Positions 54,437 to 64,000 of a stretch of 64,000 nucleotides of DNA are shown in pieces. The stretch comes from Podospora anserina (lineage: Eukaryota). The translations under genes and the position numbers were made by a program. The first letter of the stretch is position 1. Each line of letters begins with the position of its first letter. The DNA lies in the NCBI GenBank assembly GCA_017654855.1, contig CM030334.1, positions 620,001 to 684,000 of the forward strand, written 5' to 3'. The notes below the pieces were generated by a model, which saw nothing but the letters and a program-made list of their open reading frames with translations, searched no databases and was not told the DNA's origin.

Positions 54437-56778
54437 TATTATAAAATCCTACTGATTTCTCTAACTATACTTTTTAAAATATCGACCCAATACTACCTAT
54501 TCTCTATATGCTATTATATATATATATAAAAGAAAAAAACGAGCCTAATTTCCTATATTGCTAACCTACATGATGATGATACTTGTATTATTCTATACTA
54601 CTATGATAGGAATATGTTACTTATTATTTACTATACTTTGAACAGTAACGATAATATAACGTAAAAAATCTATTAATTGTATATATCCTTGTTTCCTTAC
54701 GATTGCTTTACTAGAATATTAAACACTTTATTTATTTTTCATTTTATTTCTTCAGTTCTTTTTCATTACTTTAACTTTTCCCTTTATTATTTTAGCTTTT
54801 TATCTTAAAACATAGGTCTATTCTTTAACTCCCCATTAATATTTCCAAAGTATGTATTATAGACTTTATTATATTTATAGGTTGTATATCATAATGATAT
54901 CCTTTTTAATTTATTAAGTTTATTAGTTTACTTATTATTCTTTCCTTTAATACAAAATAAACTCAGATTGAGGCTTTCAAAATTTGAAGTCTAACGTATT
55001 TTTAGTTTATATAACTTATTCCAGATTCTTATTAGTTGATTTACATATTGTTAAATACGTGAATAGATTAGAACAGGTCCAGGTATTTCATTATCAGTGA
55101 TTTTATTAGTTTATATATATTCGGTATATAAATGAATATTATTTAAGTAACTTGAAAACCCTTTTTCCTATTATAATCTTTTTTATTATTCTTTATAGTT
55201 ATATTGAATAAGTAATAATTTGGATTAGTATTGTATTGGAGATATTAAAGGCTATTTATACACTTTAGCAATTAAATATAAGATATATATTAGATTTAAC
55301 TTATACACTGTTAAAACTTTTGTATTATCATGGAATATTGCATTACCTATTCGCTTTAATATAATACAATATCGTTTTTCGGGAGAGGCTATTTAACATT
55401 TAAAACTTTATATTAAAGTCTATTTTATTTTTGTCCAAAGTTTATTTATGGATTTTAATTTTTTCTTAATACTCTATATACTACTTAAGTTTATAAAATA
55501 TAATACCTTTGTTAAATACATTATATATGAATGTTTTTATTAATATTTATTTTTAAGTCGTTAATGATTTCTTTGACTAGAATTTATATATATATAATAC
55601 TACTTTAATTTTACTTGGATACGATAGGTTATACTAAACCAATTCTCTTTAAACGAATACATTACAATACTTTTTGATTGCCTAATAATAAATAAATTTA
55701 AATCCTTTTATTTTTTTTTCATATAATATCTTTGCCAACGATTTTTGTTTTATTCTATTAATTTATATAGTAATTTTAGAAGTACTTTACTACTTACTTA
55801 GCTTTATTAATTCTACTATTAAAGTTGTTTTCATAGTGAAATCGATCTCTTTTTCTTGAAAACAGTTATAGGAGTATATTATTCGTAAATCTGTAATAAT
55901 AAAACCATGGTTTAGAATTAGTATTAAAAGTTGACAGTTATAAGCGTGGTATGATATTATTTAATTATGTTACTTCATTTCGTTAAAGATTCTTTAGAAT
56001 TATAGAAGTCTTAGGGTAGCTATACGATGTAAACTATACTTTTAACCGATTATATATTCTTTATTTACCTTACTTCATCAGTTAATAATGAACTTTTCTA
56101 TTCAAGATTACAACTTTAATATTTATTTTTCAAAACTGTTATAACCTCTTTACCTTAGCCGTCGGGTATTATTACCTATTTATTTTTAGGAAGTTATCTT
56201 TTTTCTTATTAAAAGAATTCTCTATTAAATTTGTTTCGCCGAAACAATGAGTTAGGTTATGCTTATATATTATATTCAACTTTCCAGTAATATTATTTTT
56301 ACAATTAGTTATATCCTTTATTATATTCCTTTTCCAAAATATTCGATATATACGCTTAACTTCTTAATTCTTGATACTATATTTATCCATTATTTCGTGC
56401 ATTCTATAAACTTTTTCGGTTTCTACTATTTTACTTGGTAAATTATTTACTTTTTTATATAGATTCTTACCTTTCGCTATTAATATCTATTATATAATAG
56501 GAAGTATAACGTAAACTCTTTTGCTTACTAGTAAATCTAATTTATACGTTAAATCGTTATAGTTTTTATTTATTTTCAAGGCACTAATTGTATACTGGAG
56601 GAATGTAATGGTTTTTTTTTAGTGTAATATAGTTATAAGATAACTTTAAATATATATGTATACATATTATTTAAATTTTTTATAAATCACTTATTATCAT
56701 CCCTCTAATTAATCATATAAATTCCGTACTTTCGTAAATTTAGCGACTTATTAGTAATGAATCTTTTTAATCAAACCA

Positions 56779-57150
56779 TGTGACGAACCCCTATCCAGAA
56801 TCTCTGAAAGGGATACTAGTTGAAGGCATTTCTGAACAATCCTGGTTCAGTGCAGCTAACAGTGTACAACAAATGGCTTGTCTCAATCACAATAGCCAAG
56901 ATGACACGATTATGACTTGTAGTGCATACTGCGGAACTGTCTATCTATACTAGCTAGTTCCGCCGTATATATAAACTTAGGGCTCCAAGTACCTCCGTAG
57001 CTGGATATACCTTTCAATCCCTAGATCCACGGATCTATCTCCCAAAGCTTAGATTCCCTGGCCCGTGCTATTCCCTGCCCCACAGGCCCCACTTATTCGT
57101 CGCTCCAGTCTTACCGGTCCTGGCGACCCCGCTTTTTCTGAACCGTGACA
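56779..57150 (-). mobile_element. LTR I: solo LTR (U3 type eta, U5 type 1), TSD AACCA
   Basis: TGTGACGAACCCC...CCGTGACA flanked by AACCA on both sides. Confidence 0.95.
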
Positions 57151-57326
57151 AACCACAAATAAAACTATATATTGTATTATAGAAAGTCTAGAATTATTCA
57201 AAGTAATAGATATAAATATATACTTACTTAGTATAACTCATAACGTATTATATTTTAAACAGTGACTTACTTGAATCTTTATGTTATAAAGTTGACCCTA
57301 AATATCTTATAAAGCATACGCTTTTT

Positions 57327-57745
57327 TGTTACAGACCAACCATATAGCAAGGCAGAGTGGAGACTGCAGCAGGCCGTGGTGGCCAATCAGGCGAAAGGTA
57401 ACGGCGGGGCTGCAGGACAGTGGGGCGCTCACCACTTGGCAGAGGTGAGTCGGCTCGACAGGATCACTTGGTGATCATGGTGAGCCAGGACGGCTCGACA
57501 GGATCACTTGGTGATCGTGGTGAGCCAGGTACGGAGGTACCTGGAGGATTGAGGTCTACATATACGGAGGAACTGGCTGGTGTAGATAGACAGTTCCGCA
57601 GTATGCAATCACAGCTTGTATTCACGGTATCTTGTGTTTACATTGAGACATCTTGTTGTGCGCTGTTTAGCCGCACCGAACCAATTGTCAGAAGTAACCT
57701 TCAACCAGTATCCCTTTTAGAGGTTCTGTACAGGGGTTCGTCACA
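57327..57745 (+). mobile_element. LTR J: solo LTR (U3 type beta with 40-bp duplication, U5 type 2), TSD TTTTT
   Basis: TGTTACAGACC...GGGGTTCGTCACA flanked by TTTTT. U3 matches LTR B while U5 matches LTRs G and H. Confidence 0.93.
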
Positions 57746-60410
57746 TTTTTTAATGTTAATAAGCTTTTAATTACGCTGTTAGAATAGCATAATTGAATAT
57801 TTTTTGCAACTTTATTATTATATTCAATACTTCAATTAAATATATGCTAAAATTATAAAAACTAATAGAAGAAAAGTAGATACTTATTTGATTGTACACT
57901 ATTATATAGGTATAAATAAATTATAAACGTCTTTTCAAATTCAAGAATTATATTTCTGTATTTTATGAAAAGATATATAACACCTACACTATAATTATTA
58001 ACAAAAGATATGTATCTATAATATCTATTATGAATATTTTGAAATAAATATATAATTCAAGACGATTTTTAATATATTACAAAATATGTTAATACACGAA
58101 AGAAATAGGTAAAAAGTATTCAGATCATATTTAAAATATTTATGAAAGAAGTTAATTTTATATATAGCATAATTTCAATTTTATGACTTTTGGAAAGCTA
58201 ATTAACCAACTCTTTATAAATAAAGCGTTTCTTTATAGAAGTTAAAGTAAAATGACCTAAAATCATGAAATATTTTTCGACATTTTAGTATTTAATTAAC
58301 TATCTTTTCTTTTATTAACTTCATATTTTTTCGATATTATAGTTTTCCTTTTTATTTTATGTAATAATACAAATTCTATGTATAATTTAATTATTTTGCT
58401 TATTGAACACTTCTAAATTATATGATAATATTAGTAAACTTTTTGAGGATTTGGAAACACTTATAAATGTTTTTAAAATATACTTGTTATTTAATTATCA
58501 GTGTAAGTTTTGTTAAACTGGACAGTTAAACTATATTTCAATTATAAATATTTATTTAATGATTTTGAAATCATATAAATTATTTAGCTTTTACAACAAA
58601 AGAGAAATAAACGTAATTTCTAATATAATATGATACTTAATATATTATAACCTAATTTCATATAATGAATACTTCTTTTTGTCAATTAATTAGTATAGAA
58701 TTATATTAAAATTTGATCCCTCTGAGATTTATTTCATAGTTCATTGTATTACGACTTTTTTACATGGAATAAAATTGGTTTTATATAACTTTTATGCTGC
58801 GTTATAATCTACTATCTAGGCTTATTTTGGCCTTTCGTTATTTACTCTATTCTTTTAATAAAACGTAAAGCCACTATTTCAATATTTAATCTTATACCTT
58901 AGTACTTCTTTGAATAGAAACTATTTATTATGTATTCAATTAATCAGTTGATTAATCTATAATTCACTGATATGCCGACAGATCTTTTCAAATATTAGCT
59001 CTATTTTTTAAATTGAGTCAACATTATTAAGGATCCAAATGAGAACATCATTAATATTTTCATTTATCTATAAATCTTAATACAAAACGTAAAATTAAAA
59101 ATACGTTACTGTCAAATATATTCTCCAAAAAAAAAACCTCTTTTTACTTCTAGAAGTCTAATTAGCTAGGTTTCAAAATACAATACTATCTTAAAGGCTT
59201 GATATATAGATTTAACTTAATAATTCTAAAATTTACCTCAATGTTTTCATTATACACACCTCTGTTACCCTACCTGACAAGAACTATTTAATTATATTCT
59301 AGTACTTTGTAAAAGTCATAATTAAATATAACGATTATATAATAAAGCTTTAATACTATGAAAAAAGTAAACATTGTAAAAGAAAAAAAGAATTTATAAA
59401 ACCGATCTATCTTTTGTTATTATTAACATAAAACTATAACTACTTCTATAAAGTTAAAATAAATATATAGTATAGTGTCTCTATTATTACAAGAAAGCGG
59501 AATAAATAAATAAAGAAAAACCAAAAAACTTATAGAAGAAGACAAATAAATAAAAATAAATTAAAGATCCTTCAAAATATAAGTTTTTAAAAATTTCAAA
59601 TTATAAACGTACATATGTATATCAGTATAAATAAAGGTGTTTAAGCAACATTAAATGTAATAAGACTTTTTATTATTAGAATGTTTTGCGTATTGAATTT
59701 TAGATTTATGAAGTTATTAAATAAATTAAGTAAGGATTTTACTATACTATACTGCCTTTATAGTAAAGCACGCCTATACTTATTTTCAAGTAGGGCTATA
59801 CATATTAACGAGGAAGTAGTTAATTAAAGGTATTTCTATACTTTTAGCAATTTACGACTTACCTGTTACTATTTATTACCTTTTACTATACGTTGCCTTA
59901 CCCCACTTAATAAATAATATTAGTAAAGCTACTGTTCGCTTTTCCAATAAAATGCTCTAGTCTTTTTTATAAACAAGATATTTGTTATTATTACTTTCTA
60001 TTTTATAGTTTTAATCGTTATAAAAAAGCTCTTCATTTATGGGATGTTAATAGCTAAAAGAAATGAACCATAATATAATGGAAAAAGAATTTAATAGTTA
60101 AAGAGGTTAAAGTCTTGATAATTTAGTTGAGTTATTAAAGACTTTTATTTCAATTAATTTTCAATACTTAAAATAAACATTTATTAAGTAAATAAGGTCA
60201 TTAAATTCAATAAAACTTTTGCTGTTTGGTTTTTAAAAAAAATATACGATAGTTATATTATTAGGTCTGCTTTTTACTTCCAATTTAGACATAGGTTATA
60301 TATTTCTTTAAGTAAGATATGTTTTATAAAAAGTCTTTTAATTTAATTATCTTGTTATATACTTTATAGTTACCTTTCTTATGCTAACTAAATATTAAAA
60401 TATAAACCAC

Positions 60411-63400
60411 TGGCACGGTTTTGGAAGACAGTGGGGCCCCAAGGAACCAATTAGGACTGGACCGAGTAATCGAGCGGGGCCCACGGTCCAGGTGGATAGG
60501 ACGGACCAATGAGATGGGGACCGGGGACCGTAGCGGGGCTCATGGTCCACGATCCAGCATCGGCCAATCAGGAGTGGACCGAGGACCGTCTGTAAGTCAA
60601 CGGTCCACGGTCCCAAGGTCTATATATACGGAGGAACTGGCTAATATAGATAGATAGTTCTGCAGTATATAATTTAAATTATAATTCTTACTATTTTAAC
60701 TATTATGATTTAGATACGCTATTTATTATATACTATTGAGCTATACCGAACTAGGATTACTTAAAAGTACCTTTAATTAGTACTTCTTTTAAAAATTCTA
60801 ATAGGAGTTCGTTATACGTTATATACCTACTTTAATTCTATTATAAATAAATTAAAGGTATTCTTTGTTGCTATAGCCGGACTTAAAACGTTTAAATAAG
60901 AAGCGTCCCGCTCAGCTTAGGTAACGAGGGACTTTTACTAATACTAAACTTACTTTTCTTTTTATAGAATAAATAATTAAATATATTAAGAAATTCAAAA
61001 ACGAGATTTAGTAGTAGCGGGAGTAGATTATTCTTATTTTGGCCGTATTTAAAGTAATACCTAACTTTCTAGGACCGGAGTACTATAAAGGAAAAAAGAT
61101 CGAGTTTAAAACATTTTTAATTCAATATAAAATTGATTTTCTTTAATATGTAAATTAGTTCGTTAACAAAAAGCCGAAAATAATTTTTATAGCTATTAGA
61201 TTTAAAGATAAGGCTTGCGTGTAATTTAAATTTATTTTTAATAATTATTATAAAGTAAAGCCGGAAGACTAAAAGAAAATTACTATAGATTGTTTTAAAA
61301 ATTATCGTATTTTTAAAGTTAAATTTTAAAAAGTATTTAGGGAGTATCATAAGGTGAGGCGCGCGTAACAGAGACTTATAACCCTACATTAAATATATTT
61401 AAAAATTAATTATATCGTTTCATTTAAAATCGATAATTTACGTGATATTTATTAATAATAAGGGATAAATATACTTTTCTATAATAGTTTTAAACAAGAG
61501 ATAAAAGATAGATTATATCAAAAGTCGAGGCCCGATATGATTAATAAATATATTATTATAATTATATTGATCGACGATCGGTAGTCTTAGTATTATATAG
61601 AGAAGACAAATAATAATTGGAATTATTACGGTAATAATAATAAGGAATACTTTAATAATAACCGTTTTAACGATAAACGTACGTAAAAATATTTTAATGT
61701 TAATGACTTTAGTATTATATATTTAGGATTAATAAATATCGATATTATTTAATAATAAAAGCCGTAAAGCCGAGGCCAAAGAGGAAATGACTTGAAATAT
61801 TTTAATTATAATAAAGTAGAATATTTTAAAGAAATTATAGGATAATTAAACGATTTAAGGAAAAAAAGAAATTATGTCGATTATTATATTAAAGAGACCG
61901 AAGATTATAAAGGTCGTGATTATCGGGTACTAATATAGTAAAGTAATAAGTTTCGAAATTCTTTGAATTAATATATTAAATAAAAGAAAATCGAGTTCCA
62001 AGAGCTATGAGAATTAATAGAAGGGTTAATAGCGGAGTACGAAAAAGAAGATTTTTAAATATAAGTATTATAGGATTATTTAATATAAGTTATTACGGAA
62101 ATTATTATAACGTTATTAAAGACGATAACCCTATATAGTAGGAAAAACCTATTAAATAAATAATATCAGAGAGCTAGTATCGTAAATATAAAATTATTAT
62201 TTCGTAAAAAAATATTATAGTTTAGGAAATTCGTATATAAAAGCAGGGAAAAATATCAAAAAGGTAAAAAGGTCGATAATATTAAAATCCCGAAAATACT
62301 GGAGATATACTTACGTTTGTATAGTATATACTTTATAAAAGAAATACGATATCATTCTATTTTAAATATTTAAAGTCCCGGAAAGTACTTCGATTTCAAT
62401 ATATAATATATATATATATAAAGTATTATTAAAGTAAAGCGTTATACGGTTATTAACCGAGATATAAGATAGGTAAAGAAGATAACTTATAGCTGGTTAG
62501 AAGGACTATAGTTAGACGGGAGAGAGTTTACGAGGAATTAAACGATTATTTTTTATAAAAGGTTTAAGACCAGGTTAAATTAAAGGGTACCCTTTAATTA
62601 ATATAGTTCGCTTTAAGGTACACCAGATACTACTTTAAATATATAAACGATTGGATTATCAACGATAATAAGGTCTTTTAATTAAAAAAACCGGTATTAA
62701 TATAGTACTTAAGCCCGGACTATACGTTATACTTACGGAAAAAAAATTTAATAATATTATTAGGTAAGGAAGGAAGTTTAAAAAAAAAAATTAAATAAAG
62801 AAAATATTATTAGAATAAATCTAATAAAATACTAAAGATATTAAAAATTAAAAATAAAAGGATGTTAGGTAAGGATAATAAAATAGCTTCGCGTTATTAG
62901 ATAATCTAGAGTAGGAAAACACTTTTAAAAAAGTATAATCGTTTGAAAAACGACTGGTAGCTTTTTGCGAGGGTTAATAACCTTTAACGGACTACAAATA
63001 GTATTACTAAAACTATTAATATAAATAAAGGTATAGGATAACGATTTAATACTTATTAACGAAATCGCTATTATATAAGGAGGAAGAAAGAAAACTAAAT
63101 ACTTTTAGATTATAGTATACTAAAAGAATATTTAGGCAGTAGTATTGATTAATTAAAGTACGGAAATATATTTAATTTCGTTATAGTTTATATATTAAAT
63201 TAAAATATTATAAAAAAAAGAAAGGTATGGATTATAACATAAAAGCTATTTCTAACATAGAAAATCTATAGAGAAATATTAGCTTTAAATTCTATAGTCA
63301 AAAGGAAAATAGTTTTAATTATATTTAATATTATAAATATAAGACCTTCGAAAAATAAAATTCTAAAGTAACTATAGTATAAAGATTATAATTCAAATTC

Positions 63401-64000
63401 CAATGAGAAGGATAGGAACTATTTACGACTAAAAGTCTTTTTAGAAATATTTAATTAGCGATAGGGGATTAAAAATTTATAGAGAATAGAGTATAGGATA
63501 AATATCCTCTACGGTACTATCATAAAGAATTAAGAAGTAATCATATACTTTATTAACATAGGCGGTGAAATCGAAAAAGTAAGAATAATAACGTTAGTAA
63601 TGAATGATATTAGAGATTAACAAATATATTTATAATAATAATATAGAGAAAGGTAAGAAAAAAGTAATACTAGTAGAATATCAAAGATATTTAACTTTTA
63701 CGGCTAAGTGTTTAGAGGGACTGTCAAAGGAAGAACCGTAGAATGATAAAATTAAATAAAGCAAAAATACTTTACGGTTATTTAAGGTTTATTATGCTAA
63801 GGATAAATAAAGTAAGGAATTATAAAAGAATTTGAGAAAGATTTAAAGAGAGGATATATGAGGGAATTTATATTCTTAATAAGATACCTTATATTTCTTC
63901 CACAAAAAATTGTAATTTAAAATTATATATAGATTACTATTAACTAAATAATGAAACGGTAAAAATTTAATTATTTTATTATTATTAATATTTAGGTTTT
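60411..64000 (+). mobile_element. Ty3/Gypsy element K: 5' LTR (60411-60816, U3 type alpha) plus gag-protease-start of RT, continuing beyond the window
   Basis: LTR and leader are the reverse complement of 37020-37458. Gag zinc-knuckle relic at ~61800-61840. The sequence at 63000-64000 is colinear with the reverse complements of 34000-35000 and 47000-48000. Confidence 0.9.

Larger units (their letters stand above)
54440..59500 (-). mobile_element. Degraded Ty3/Gypsy pol fragments (probably two elements) hosting solo LTRs I and J; boundaries approximate
   Basis: Minus-strand relics (D)(A)LSRK at ~55375-55392, VYI(D)(D) at ~56345 and an SD(R)G..F-like motif at ~58720. Confidence 0.5.
11200..64000. 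other. AT-rich block of nested, RIP-type mutated transposable elements (heterochromatin-like), running off the window
   Basis: Abrupt compositional shift, no long ORFs in any frame, TpA excess, and recognisable retroelement and transposase motifs carrying C-to-T/G-to-A changes. Confidence 0.95.

Overview
Filamentous ascomycete (Sordariomycete/Hypocreales-like; inferred from gene content, short GT-AG introns and a RIP signature) genomic window with two compartments. Bases 1 to ~11.2 kb are GC-balanced and hold five spliced genes, all on the minus strand: a D-2-hydroxyacid dehydrogenase, adenosylhomocysteinase (SAH1), eIF3h, a UPF0643-like protein and a PET8/SAM5-like mitochondrial carrier. From ~11.2 kb to the end is an AT-rich block of nested, mutated transposons. 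It contains one Fot1/Pot-type pogo element, several Ty3/Gypsy chromovirus elements, many solo LTRs, and probable LINE and Copia relics. The most striking observation is one LTR family present in 11 copies. All copies share the R/U5 module (ending GGGGTTCGTCACA) but carry about seven mutually unrelated U3 regions, combined with two U5 variants. The family also shows a probable Tf1-like self-priming site and an extra coding-like region after the chromodomain. All alignments and translations of degraded sequence were done by eye.
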